56,410 nucleotides of DNA from a virus. The first letter of the stretch is position 1; each line of letters starts with the position of its first letter. The DNA is taken from IMG/VR virus record IMGVR_UViG_3300009446_000002, positions 1 to 56,410 of that record, one strand, 5' to 3'. The notes below the pieces were generated by a model. It searched no databases. It saw nothing but the letters and a program-made list of their open reading frames with translations, and had not been told where the DNA came from. The translations under genes and the position numbers were made by a program. Positions 35,832 through 44,349 of the stretch are shown one piece after another.

Positions 35832-36466
35832 ACACAAATCTTACAGAAAAACTTATTCAGAAGGCGCTTTGGGAATTGTGGCAGTCACACCCTTATAAGA
35901 TAGTTAATTCCTTTTATTTTAATTCAGAACAGGACTGGCTTTCTTTTCTTACTTCTTTGTATTGCTACGAAGCAGAAATAAAGATTAGCAGATCAGATTT
36001 TCGCGCAGACTTTAAGAAAAAGAAACATAAGGAATTCGAAGCCTGCTTAAAATCTAAGAAGATCGCTGTACAGAAAGAAGGAGAATGGAAAGTAGACAGA
36101 AGAAGGGATTCGGTTATAAATATGGAACTTACAGAAATAAGGTCTTACGAAAGATTTAATAGACAGACAGGCGCAATAATAGCGAACGAAACTTTTACAG
36201 AAACGATAGGAACCAGAATTCGCTACATAGACACTACAGGAAAAAGACTTCCTAATAGATTCTGGTTCGCTACGCCCGAAGCAATGGTAAAGAAAGAAGA
36301 AGTCCCAAAACACGCAGGACTTATTTATGTAACAGAAGAAGGCGAAGCATATATAGCGAAACGTGCGCCGCTTCTTCATAACTACATTCACGACCCAAAG
36401 AAAAGCTTTAAGAAATTCTACAGGGCTTACGAAAGCGCTGTTATATCAAATTTATTCAATTACTAA
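35828..36466 (+). CDS. MmcB-like PD-(D/E)xK nuclease-fold protein (tentative)
   Basis: CYEAEIKISRSDFRADFKKK fits the E.K.SR.DF motif of MmcB-family proteins. The later NRFWFATPEAM...HAGLIYV is consistent with this. Confidence 0.45.
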   Translation: MNTNLTEKLIQKALWELWQSHPYKIVNSFYFNSEQDWLSFLTSLYCYEAEIKISRSDFRADFKKKKHKEFEACLKSKKIAVQKEGEWKVDRRRDSVINMELTEIRSYERFNRQTGAIIANETFTETIGTRIRYIDTTGKRLPNRFWFATPEAMVKKEEVPKHAGLIYVTEEGEAYIAKRAPLLHNYIHDPKKSFKKFYRAYESAVISNLFNY

Positions 36467-36476
36467 AAGAAAGAGA

Positions 36477-36674
36477 ATGCCACGAAGTAGAATTTACGAA
36501 TTCAGACAATTTAAAGAAGAACAACTTTCTGCCAGGAGGTTTTATTCAAACCTTAAGAAGCTTTGTAAGGAAGAAGGCTTAGAGTATGAAAATGTTTACT
36601 ACGCAGTAGGAAGAAAGCCAGAAGCTTTCTGGACAGATCAAAACGTAGAAGTAGAAAGATTCGAAGTACTATAG
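36477..36674 (+). CDS. Hypothetical protein
   Basis: ATG 36477 is preferred over 36363, which overlaps the upstream gene by about 100 nt. Confidence 0.4.
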   Translation: MPRSRIYEFRQFKEEQLSARRFYSNLKKLCKEEGLEYENVYYAVGRKPEAFWTDQNVEVERFEVL

Positions 36675-36769
36675 ATGATTCAAATAGCAAAAAGATTAGA
36701 AGTCTTATAACCGATCGAACAGCCAGAAGGCGAAAAGCTTATTACTTATTTAAAAATGAAAAAATAGAA

Positions 36770-36958
36770 ATGAAGTTAGTAGTATTAAAAAACGGCTTTA
36801 AATTTAAAATTTCGGCGCAACAGTTTCGGGAATTAATAATCCAGCAGGACTTAGGTTATTCTACTTTCTTTATGAAAGACAAAGAAGACCAGGAACCAGA
36901 AATTTTAATAGACATAGAAAGTATTTCCTGTATTATTTCAAGCGAAAATTTTTTGTAA
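36770..36958 (+). CDS. Hypothetical protein
   Basis: 62-aa ORF. Confidence 0.4.
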   Translation: MKLVVLKNGFKFKISAQQFRELIIQQDLGYSTFFMKDKEDQEPEILIDIESISCIISSENFL

Positions 36959-36959
36959 T

Positions 36960-37589
36960 ATGTGTTTAATTGGCTTAGAATCAGTAAACGAATCCTGCGA
37001 AGAACAGAACCTTCGATTAAAGGAATTGGTTTTCGCGGAAGATATTATTAGGAAAGTCTATAAAGACTACACAGGAATAGACCCTGGCTTTTTATTAGAA
37101 TTAGAAAGCGTTTCTGTAGGACCATTAGAAAGGGTTAGTATTAAAAAAATGACTTTTCCAATGTGCGAAATAATAGTAAGCTTTCCTGTTTATTTTATTA
37201 CAAAGAAGAAGAAGCGATATAGGGAACGAAAATTCGTCTTTGATATTGATAAACATAAGGAAGAAATTTTAAGGAAGTCTTTTTATGATAGAATGGATTC
37301 GTTAGAAGATAATTTAATCTATAGCGCCTTAATATTAGCGCCTAAAAAATACTGGCAACAGGTAGGAAGTTTTCGCAGGGCAGAACATCTTATAAATGAA
37401 CAAGAAAGGGCGCGACAAATACAAAGCCAGAAGAAGGCCAAGCTAGGATTCTATAATATAAATAAATTTATGGTCTTAAATAGGGTTCTAAATTTCCAGC
37501 TTTCTTCTTTCGATTATAGCGGCGACCTAAAAAGCTTTTTTAAAAACGAATTAAAATATCATTACAAAAAACAGAATAGCAATGTCTAA
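36960..37589 (+). CDS. Hypothetical protein
   Basis: 209-aa ORF. Confidence 0.55.
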   Translation: MCLIGLESVNESCEEQNLRLKELVFAEDIIRKVYKDYTGIDPGFLLELESVSVGPLERVSIKKMTFPMCEIIVSFPVYFITKKKKRYRERKFVFDIDKHKEEILRKSFYDRMDSLEDNLIYSALILAPKKYWQQVGSFRRAEHLINEQERARQIQSQKKAKLGFYNINKFMVLNRVLNFQLSSFDYSGDLKSFFKNELKYHYKKQNSNV

Positions 37590-38001
37590 AATTTTAGCCT
37601 GGTTATTTCCAGCAAAGCAAAAAAAGAAGTTCAATCCTAAAGAAGCGAACCTGCAGGAGTTCGAAAAGCAGTTAGAAGAAGCTGCTGCTATTAAATGCGG
37701 AAACATTCACGACTTCCGAAAAAAATACTGGGGGCATAATGTAGAATATTTAATTTCGCGCTATCCTGGCTTAGTTCATTGCGCGTCTATTTGGAGTTCG
37801 AAAAAAATTAGGGAAGGCGACATAGTTATAGACGACTTCAACAAAGGAACAGCTAAGCTTATAGTAATTCATTCGGAGCAACAGCGCGACCCTGCAGACC
37901 AGTTCTTAGTATATATGGGAATAGTTTCTTATTTGTCGGAAGAAGAAATAGACTTCTTAAAGCTGGCGGCTCCAAAGCCTAAGGGATTTATTTTAGAATA
38001 A
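37582..38001 (+). CDS. Hypothetical protein
   Basis: 139-aa ORF. Confidence 0.55.
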   Translation: MSKILAWLFPAKQKKKFNPKEANLQEFEKQLEEAAAIKCGNIHDFRKKYWGHNVEYLISRYPGLVHCASIWSSKKIREGDIVIDDFNKGTAKLIVIHSEQQRDPADQFLVYMGIVSYLSEEEIDFLKLAAPKPKGFILE

Positions 38002-38002
38002 A

Positions 38003-38299
38003 ATGGCTATTAATCCAGAACAAGAATGCTGCTGCTGTGGAATTAAGAATAGGTTCTGCGGATGTTTAGATAATCACAGAATAGAAATGCAGGCTGCATC
38101 ATTTAGAGCCGCCGCCGCTTTACAGAAATCAGCGGACGAATTAAGGCGAATAGCAGTTAAGCGATACAATAGGCACGCTGGAAGATTTAATTCGGAAGGA
38201 AGGAAGAAAAACCCTGGCTTCCTTCCGAAGTATTCTTCGCCAGTATTTAAGAAGACTTACACGAAGCCCAGGGAAGAAAGACTTTATAACTTTAACTAA
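38003..38299 (+). CDS. Hypothetical Cys-rich basic protein
   Basis: N-terminal ECCCCGIKNRFCGC. Confidence 0.45.
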   Translation: MAINPEQECCCCGIKNRFCGCLDNHRIEMQAASFRAAAALQKSADELRRIAVKRYNRHAGRFNSEGRKKNPGFLPKYSSPVFKKTYTKPREERLYNFN

Positions 38300-38316
38300 A
38301 CAACTAAAAAATCAAT

Positions 38317-38592
38317 ATGGAAAAGCAATACATAATAGAAGATAACATAGGGACTCATTCAAAAGAACATTTAGCAAAAGTTAGAACTATTTTAGAAAGA
38401 TATTTAGGCGGTCTTTTCTGGTTTCAGATTCCAACAGGCGAACAGTTCGATATAGAATGCGACTTAGGAACAGAAGATAATAAGGAATTAGACGAAGACG
38501 GAAAAAAATATCTTCACTCTATTTATATAGATCGAATAACCATAAACCACGAAGAAAGAATTTGTAAGGTTTTCACAGTTTTAGAAATATAA
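38317..38592 (+). CDS. Hypothetical protein
   Basis: 91-aa ORF. Confidence 0.45.
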   Translation: MEKQYIIEDNIGTHSKEHLAKVRTILERYLGGLFWFQIPTGEQFDIECDLGTEDNKELDEDGKKYLHSIYIDRITINHEERICKVFTVLEI

Positions 38593-38595
38593 AAA

Positions 38596-38955
38596 ATGAG
38601 TTACCAGACAGAATGTCCATACTGCCAGCACATACACAGAATAGAATTAGAAGATTATAGCGAAGACTTAATCCACGAAACAGAATGCCCAAAATGCGAA
38701 AAGCTTTTCGTTTATACTGTATCTATTCTTATAAGTATTTATTCTAAATCAGCTAACTGTTTAAATACTGGAAAGCATATTTTCGAACCTACGACTACTG
38801 GTCCTAAATGCTATACTAAGATGCGCTGCTTTACCTGCGGAACCGAAAGGCTTCCAAACGCACAAGAAATAGAAAGATATAGTATTCCAACATTTGATGA
38901 AGAACATAAAAACTTAATGTTTAAATACTGGAAAGCATATTTTTCCAAAATGTGA
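38596..38955 (+). CDS. Zinc-ribbon protein
   Basis: CPYCQH...CPKCEK and CFTCG pairs. Confidence 0.5.
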   Translation: MSYQTECPYCQHIHRIELEDYSEDLIHETECPKCEKLFVYTVSILISIYSKSANCLNTGKHIFEPTTTGPKCYTKMRCFTCGTERLPNAQEIERYSIPTFDEEHKNLMFKYWKAYFSKM

Positions 38956-38980
38956 AGAAGAACAAAAAAACTTAAATTAA

Positions 38981-39373
38981 ATGAAACACGAAAAAAAATT
39001 AGAAACGGTTTACGACCTTCCTTATTCAGCTACGATCGGAAAGCCTTCTAAGGTTAAAGACTGGTATAAAATTCTACACCAGGATAAGAAAGACTTTACT
39101 AAGAAGGATTTAAAAAAATTACAGGATACTGCTGTAGAATGGGAATTTTGCGCCTGCGGAAACCTTTGTAAATTAATTCCCAGAAATGAAAGGGGCGCCC
39201 CTAAAGATAAGATACTAATGAAGGCAGGCGGAAAGTTTTCTTTTCTGCTTACTACAGCCTGGCTTAATTACGGTTCTTATAATTGGTTCGAATGTATCTT
39301 AGAAGCTAGGTATTTGCATTCTAAAATAGAAAAAAGGGCAGGCGTTATTCTTCGCAAAATGAAACTTCTATGA
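38981..39373 (+). CDS. Hypothetical protein
   Basis: 130-aa ORF. Confidence 0.5.
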   Translation: MKHEKKLETVYDLPYSATIGKPSKVKDWYKILHQDKKDFTKKDLKKLQDTAVEWEFCACGNLCKLIPRNERGAPKDKILMKAGGKFSFLLTTAWLNYGSYNWFECILEARYLHSKIEKRAGVILRKMKLL

Positions 39374-39753
39374 TAAGCGAACAAATAAATAAAGTATTAA
39401 TAGATTCATTGAGTAAGGAATTAAGAATAGTCTTTTTTACAAAAAATAGACACCTTCAGAGCCAGACAATTTTTAGACAAATAGTCGGATATTTGACCGA
39501 CTTAGAAGAAGTATTTATTATAGGGAATAATAAAAGAATCGAATTAAGAAGTAAATCTTTTATAGAATTCAAAGTTTTAGACTTTCATAATATTAGAGGA
39601 AGGGTTTTTGATTTCGTTTTTTTAGACGAAACGACAGGAATTAAAAGGAACGACTTATCCTTAATTACAGAACTTCGGATTAGGTCTAAAAACGAACCTA
39701 TAGCCTTTAGGCTAATTAAAAAAAATCCATTTTCGCGGAACAGAAAACACTAA
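39370..39753 (+). CDS. Hypothetical protein
   Basis: ATGA overlap with the upstream stop. 127 aa. Confidence 0.5.
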   Translation: MISEQINKVLIDSLSKELRIVFFTKNRHLQSQTIFRQIVGYLTDLEEVFIIGNNKRIELRSKSFIEFKVLDFHNIRGRVFDFVFLDETTGIKRNDLSLITELRIRSKNEPIAFRLIKKNPFSRNRKH

Positions 39754-39765
39754 TATTTAAACTCT

Positions 39766-39969
39766 ATGACCAAAGAAAACAGAATAGCTTATTTAGAACT
39801 AAAGCTTAAAGCGATCAGTAAGACACCAGAACGCGACTACCTTCCAAACATAGCGCGACAATATGCAAAAAGTAAGAATAGAGACAGCCCGAACATAGAG
39901 TTATTTAGAAACAGCGAACAGGGCTTTATAGCAGGATATTACTTTAAACTTAATCGAATCAAAAAATAA
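39766..39969 (+). CDS. Hypothetical protein
   Basis: 67-aa ORF. Confidence 0.4.
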   Translation: MTKENRIAYLELKLKAISKTPERDYLPNIARQYAKSKNRDSPNIELFRNSEQGFIAGYYFKLNRIKK

Positions 39970-39976
39970 ATAAATT

Positions 39977-40108
39977 ATGGAAGAAGAATTTCAATGCTCA
40001 ATTTGCGAGGAAGTTAAAAACGAAAAAGAATTTAAAACAGACATAGACGGCGGACAAATTGAAGAAAATTTTGTTTGCGAACAATGTTATGATGAAATGA
40101 ATGATTAA
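39977..40108 (+). CDS. 43-aa zinc-ribbon peptide (speculative)
   Basis: MEEEFQCSICEEVKNEKEF...FVCEQCYDEMND, translated by eye. Two CxxC pairs. Confidence 0.3.
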   Translation: MEEEFQCSICEEVKNEKEFKTDIDGGQIEENFVCEQCYDEMND

Positions 40109-40382
40109 TCCAATGGGAAAACGACTTAACGAAGAACGCCAGAACCGTTTAGAGCCTACCAGGTACGAAAGAACTTTAAAGGAAATAGAGTCTTTAGGCT
40201 ATATCTGTTATCCTATGACAAATAAAAGCTTTCGATTTATGCACTTAGACGACTGCTGGATTACTTACTATCCATATAGCGGCTGGGCGACAGGAAAAAC
40301 AATTAAGGACGGTAGAGGATTTAAAAACCTTTATAATCAGATCAAAGAAGACGCGCCTAATATATTAAAACCTATAGAGTGA
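40101..40382 (+). CDS. Hypothetical protein
   Basis: 93-aa ORF. Confidence 0.45.
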   Translation: MINPMGKRLNEERQNRLEPTRYERTLKEIESLGYICYPMTNKSFRFMHLDDCWITYYPYSGWATGKTIKDGRGFKNLYNQIKEDAPNILKPIE

Positions 40383-40582
40383 AGAACAAAAAAAAAGAAA
40401 CTATTACGCTTAAGAACGGAAGAACAGTCTACAAAGAAGACTACTTAGTAGCAAAGACGAAGGATTTACAGGACTTCGGTTATTCTTTAGAATTAAAGGA
40501 AACCAGAAAGCAATTTAGTTTATTTCAGCAAGGGAAGAAGCTTTCTATAATAGGCGAATTTATTAAGAATGACTTCGAATAA
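40379..40582 (+). CDS. Hypothetical protein (GTG start)
   Basis: GTGA overlap with the upstream stop. Confidence 0.4.
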   Translation: MKNKKKETITLKNGRTVYKEDYLVAKTKDLQDFGYSLELKETRKQFSLFQQGKKLSIIGEFIKNDFE

Positions 40583-40660
40583 GGCGCGAACAATTAAATT
40601 TTATCCTTTTTGAAATTTTAAAACCCTTATTTTGTAGAATAAAGAATAAAAATTCCACAG

Positions 40661-41230
40661 ATGGCAAAAAGAAGCGCGAAGCATTTAGAAAAATATCAGT
40701 ACGGACAGCCAGGAAGTCCGAAGCCTGGCAGGAAGAAGGGGCAAAAAAACACGAAGACTTTAGTAAAAGCACTTTTAGAGCAGCCAGCCTTCGAACACGT
40801 TTTAGATACGCCAGCCTTCCAGCCTCTTATAAAGCGTTACGGAACCAGGAAGCATATTACACATATGGTAGCGTTAGTACAGGTTTTAATTATAGAAGGC
40901 TATAAGGGAAAAGTAACAGCGACTCGATTACTTTTAGAACTGGAAGGTTCTATTAAGAAAGGCGGCGCGAAGAAAGCTTTAGACGGCTACCGAAAAGCTT
41001 TAGACGACTATTCAGATAACGACGTTAAAAGAATGGCGGACACTATGGGAATCACTTCTTTAGTAGATGAAGCGGAAGAAGTAGAATATGAAGAAGTAAT
41101 TCCAGGGAAGAAGAAACCTGCGCGAAAAAAAGCGCCGATCAAAAAGAAGACTGCAGCGCGAAAGCCAGCGGCTAAGAAGAAGACTGCAGTAAGGAAGACG
41201 CCGCCGAAGAAGGCTGCTTCTAAGAAGTAA
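40661..41230 (+). CDS. DNA-binding protein candidate with histone-H1-like Lys/Ala/Pro-rich C-terminal tail
   Basis: C-terminus KKPARKKAPIKKKTAARKPAAKKKTAVRKTPPKKAASKK. Confidence 0.55.
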   Translation: MAKRSAKHLEKYQYGQPGSPKPGRKKGQKNTKTLVKALLEQPAFEHVLDTPAFQPLIKRYGTRKHITHMVALVQVLIIEGYKGKVTATRLLLELEGSIKKGGAKKALDGYRKALDDYSDNDVKRMADTMGITSLVDEAEEVEYEEVIPGKKKPARKKAPIKKKTAARKPAAKKKTAVRKTPPKKAASKK

Positions 41231-41254
41231 TTTTTTAACCTACAATATTTAAGA

Positions 41255-41791
41255 ATGAAAAAGAAATTAAGAATAAAAGAACTTCGCGTATTAACAAAAC
41301 GCGACCTACTTAAACACGCTGCAGAATTAGAAGCTATTATAGAAGAAGGAAATAGGGTCGATAGTAAGATATGTTCTATCATTATAAAAGCGCTAAGGTC
41401 TTCGCCTAAAAGTTTTAAGATTATAGAATACATAGACTTTTTAAAAACTAATTTGGTAAAGATTAGAAACGGATTAGATTATAGGATAGGAGAAGCCTAC
41501 CAAACTTTATTTGAAGAACAGCTTTCCTTAGAAATAGAAGGCGTATCTAAGTTCAAAATAGAAAACCCTATTCCTGGGGAAATAGTAGATACAGAAAAAT
41601 TAATTAGAAGAAATAATACTTTAAATGAAAGTCAGATAGTAGGAGAAGTTTCTGAACAGGAATTCAAGAACCCTACAGCACGTTCCGCAGAATACATTAA
41701 ATACGCTGGTGATATATACAGGAAAAGAAAAGATTTTAATAATAACCTATACTATCACCTTCAAATAATTAAGGAATTAAAGCTTACTTAA
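41255..41791 (+). CDS. Hypothetical protein
   Basis: 178-aa ORF. Confidence 0.55.
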   Translation: MKKKLRIKELRVLTKRDLLKHAAELEAIIEEGNRVDSKICSIIIKALRSSPKSFKIIEYIDFLKTNLVKIRNGLDYRIGEAYQTLFEEQLSLEIEGVSKFKIENPIPGEIVDTEKLIRRNNTLNESQIVGEVSEQEFKNPTARSAEYIKYAGDIYRKRKDFNNNLYYHLQIIKELKLT

Positions 41792-41809
41792 CTACTACAA
41801 AGAAGATCA

Positions 41810-42058
41810 ATGAAGTATAAACTTAAACTGCAAGGCGTAGAAGGCTTAATAGAATTTACTGCTACAAAAGAAACAAGATGTAAAGAAGCTATTCGAATCG
41901 CTATAGAATACGGAACAGCTATCGAAGGAATTTATAACGAAGACGGCTACAAGATTTATAACGGCTTAGAGATTGCGCAAATATCTTTAGTAAATGTTAT
42001 GGCTGTTATTTGCTTAGGAATTTTATTATTAACTGGTATTATATATGTTTTAAAATGA
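41810..42058 (+). CDS. Hypothetical protein with C-terminal TM helix
   Basis: C-terminus VNVMAVICLGILLLTGIIYVLK. Confidence 0.45.
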   Translation: MKYKLKLQGVEGLIEFTATKETRCKEAIRIAIEYGTAIEGIYNEDGYKIYNGLEIAQISLVNVMAVICLGILLLTGIIYVLK

Positions 42059-42657
42059 ACTTAACAAAAGAAGAATACGAAAAGCTACAGATAGAAAGAC
42101 CCGAATTACTTATAGTGCAGTATATTATAGAAAGCGGATTCGCTGGAATTCTACCAGGTTCGGGAACGATAGTCGATAGAAGAATCTACGAGGAAGCTAT
42201 AGCTATTCCCAGGTCTAAAGTTTTCGATAATCCAGAACCTATCGAATTCGATTTGAGTGACCCGACAGAAAAGCCTGTTTTCGCGAAAGAATTTAAATTA
42301 GGAATGAAAGTCGTAGACGAGCCAAAACCAGAATGTATGGAGTTTTTAATTATCGACGACCCAATTACTAAAACAATAAAAGAAGGAATAATTTTTGTCG
42401 ATCCCATCGGAGTAAGCGAAGAAGAAACTTTCGCTTCGGTATTTTCTTATGATTACGTAACAGGAATAACTAGCGTTTACTGTGAAGGCGAAGAAGAATT
42501 AGGATTTAAAGTAGAGAACAAAAACGACGCGCCGACTACTGGCGACTTCCGACCGAAGGAAGCAACTTATACAGCTTTCGGCGAACACGTTAAGACCTGG
42601 AAAATAAACCAGGAGGAATTACCGATCAAAAAAGACGACGAACCAACAGGAATGTGA
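42055..42657 (+). CDS. Hypothetical protein
   Basis: ATG 42055 (ATGA overlap) is preferred over TTG 42010. Confidence 0.55.
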   Translation: MNLTKEEYEKLQIERPELLIVQYIIESGFAGILPGSGTIVDRRIYEEAIAIPRSKVFDNPEPIEFDLSDPTEKPVFAKEFKLGMKVVDEPKPECMEFLIIDDPITKTIKEGIIFVDPIGVSEEETFASVFSYDYVTGITSVYCEGEEELGFKVENKNDAPTTGDFRPKEATYTAFGEHVKTWKINQEELPIKKDDEPTGM

Positions 42658-42668
42658 AACTTTAAACT

Positions 42669-42824
42669 ATGCCAAAGAACAGAATTAAGCCTTTCACTAT
42701 TTTAGGAGTATCTACCCAGGACTATATCGACCAAATGGAAGAAAGGAAAAAAATAAGCCTGGGACTAATTAGTAAAAAGACTAAGCGCAGGAAGAAGCAG
42801 TCTACACGAATTCCAAGAAACTAA
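42669..42824 (+). CDS. Hypothetical 51-aa basic protein
   Basis: Translated by eye: MPKNRIKPFTILGVSTQDYI...RIPRN. Confidence 0.3.
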   Translation: MPKNRIKPFTILGVSTQDYIDQMEERKKISLGLISKKTKRRKKQSTRIPRN

Positions 42825-42844
42825 AATTATGAAAATAACAATAA

Positions 42845-43696
42845 ATGCAGTTATCTTTTTTTGAGACATTACAGGACGTAAACTATTCAGATAAAAACGT
42901 AATGATAGGGTTAAGCGGCGGAATAAATTCTGCGGCTGCTTTAATCTATTTAGCCGAATTAGTAGAAGATAAGCCCAGTAATTTATTTCTTTATTATTCA
43001 CACCTGGAAGAACATTCTACAGATACTAAGAAGTTTGTTTTAGAATTGGTCGAATACGCTAAAGGAAAATTCGAAAACGTAGTCTTTGAGTATTCAGATA
43101 ATTCTATACTTACTTTCTTTGAAAATGAATTTAAGGGAATTCCGCAGCCTAAAATAACACCCTGTACACGCGTTTTAAAAATAAACTTAATGCTAGACTT
43201 TATGTCCAGGCATAAAATAGACATTGATATAGTCGGCTATGTTCGTCACGAATGGACCAGGATTAAAAGACAGATAGATAGGAAGGTAGAAAAGAAGGAA
43301 TACTTAATAAGACACCTTTCGGACGAAGACTGCTTTAGTATAGTCTTAAAATATTTCGGCTGGTTTCCAGAAATCTATTCTTTGAAATGGACAGACGATA
43401 GAATAAGAAAAGCAATAATAGAAAACGGACATTTACTTAATGAAAACCAGCGCGCTATAATTGCGGACTATAGTTCTAAGGGTTTTAACTGGCGGCGAAA
43501 TAGTTATAGAGTCTTCAAACATAACAACTGCTTACCATGCAAAAATATGCACCAATGGGAATTATTTTTAGTTAGAATCTTCTTCCCTTCTTACATGAAG
43601 AAGGCGGACGATTTAGCTACTAAATTAGGGTCCTACTGGGGAAGGTCTGTAGAAATAGTAGACGAAGATACAGACTGCGCTATCTGTTCAATTTAA
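42845..43696 (+). CDS. PP-loop ATP-pyrophosphatase superfamily protein (PAPS-reductase/DndC-like)
   Basis: VMIGLSGGINSAAAL is an SGGxxS PP-loop. C-terminal Cys pairs NNCLPCKN and DCAICS. Confidence 0.55.
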   Translation: MQLSFFETLQDVNYSDKNVMIGLSGGINSAAALIYLAELVEDKPSNLFLYYSHLEEHSTDTKKFVLELVEYAKGKFENVVFEYSDNSILTFFENEFKGIPQPKITPCTRVLKINLMLDFMSRHKIDIDIVGYVRHEWTRIKRQIDRKVEKKEYLIRHLSDEDCFSIVLKYFGWFPEIYSLKWTDDRIRKAIIENGHLLNENQRAIIADYSSKGFNWRRNSYRVFKHNNCLPCKNMHQWELFLVRIFFPSYMKKADDLATKLGSYWGRSVEIVDEDTDCAICSI

Positions 43697-43747
43697 AACA
43701 TCTAAAGGGACATAATTAGATGAAAATAGCTTCCGAAAAATTCCCTA

Positions 43748-43755
43748 TATCTTTG
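43748..43755 (+). promoter_or_regulatory. -7 promoter box TATCTTTG preceded by ATTCCCTATA
   Basis: Exact TAnnTTTG. ATTCCCTATA (43740-43749) is identical to 3014-3023. Confidence 0.35.
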
Positions 43756-43769
43756 GTAAAAGTTTAGTT

Positions 43770-43973
43770 ATGAAAATCACCAGACACAGGGACCAGCAAA
43801 AGAACAAAAGCGAAGAAAACTTAAACCATATCTTAAGCACATTCTGCGAAGAACTTCGAACACACGTAAAGCAATTCGAAGACGAATACGCAGTAAACCA
43901 GACGCTTAAGGAATGCCACTTCGATAAGGAAATAAGGATAAATTTAAAGGTAGGCGTAAGTATTATAAAATAA
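43770..43973 (+). CDS. Hypothetical protein
   Basis: 67-aa ORF. Confidence 0.4.
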   Translation: MKITRHRDQQKNKSEENLNHILSTFCEELRTHVKQFEDEYAVNQTLKECHFDKEIRINLKVGVSIIK

Positions 43974-43989
43974 ATAAATATATTTGCAT

Positions 43990-44063
43990 TGCGCATTGGA
44001 GCAGTTTGGTAGCTCGCGAGGGTCATATCCTTGAGGTCACAAGTTCGAATCTTGTATGCGCTA
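43990..44063 (+). tRNA. tRNA with anticodon CAT (Met, or Ile if lysidine-modified)
   Basis: Cloverleaf folded by hand. Acceptor stem 6 bp plus a T:T at 1:72. D-stem GAGC/GCTC with A14 and GG. Anticodon stem CGAGG/CCTTG, loop GTCATAT. T-stem ACAAG/CTTGT, loop TTCGAAT. No encoded CCA. Confidence 0.8.
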
Positions 44064-44080
44064 CAAAAAACACCTTAGAA

Positions 44081-44114
44081 AAAGCCCTGTTCCATTAAGT
44101 TAGAACGGGGCTTT
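44081..44114 (+). terminator. Hairpin after the tRNA (weak T-tract)
   Basis: 12-bp stem AAAGCCCTGTTC with GAACGGGGCTTT. Confidence 0.4.
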
Positions 44115-44156
44115 GTAGTATGAATAAGACGAAAATAACAGAAGAATAAAAATGCT

Positions 44157-44164
44157 TATATTTG
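44157..44164 (+). promoter_or_regulatory. -7 promoter box TATATTTG with no ORF downstream
   Basis: Exact TAnnTTTG. The next start codon of a real gene is 186 nt away. Confidence 0.3.
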
Positions 44165-44256
44165 GTTTACATATTTCCAGAAAGGATTTTTTCTAATCAA
44201 AAAAGCTATTATTATGAAATAATTAATAAATAAGAAGCAACTGTTAACACCAACTA

Positions 44257-44294
44257 AGCCCAGGAAAATAACGCTATAACGTTATTCCTGGGCT
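44257..44294 (+). terminator. Long hairpin (15 bp with a 2-nt bulge)
   Basis: AGCCCAGGAAAATAACG pairs with CGTTATTCCTGGGCT, followed by TT. Confidence 0.45.
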
Positions 44295-44336
44295 TTCCAT
44301 TATATTAAAACGGTGCGTAATATTTCTTTTTTGCTA

Positions 44337-44344
44337 TATCTTTG
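44337..44344 (+). promoter_or_regulatory. -7 promoter box TATCTTTG, 6 nt before ATG 44350 (tail-module promoter candidate)
   Basis: Exact TAnnTTTG. CTATATCTTTG is shared with 43745-43755. Confidence 0.4.
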
Positions 44345-44349
44345 TCACT

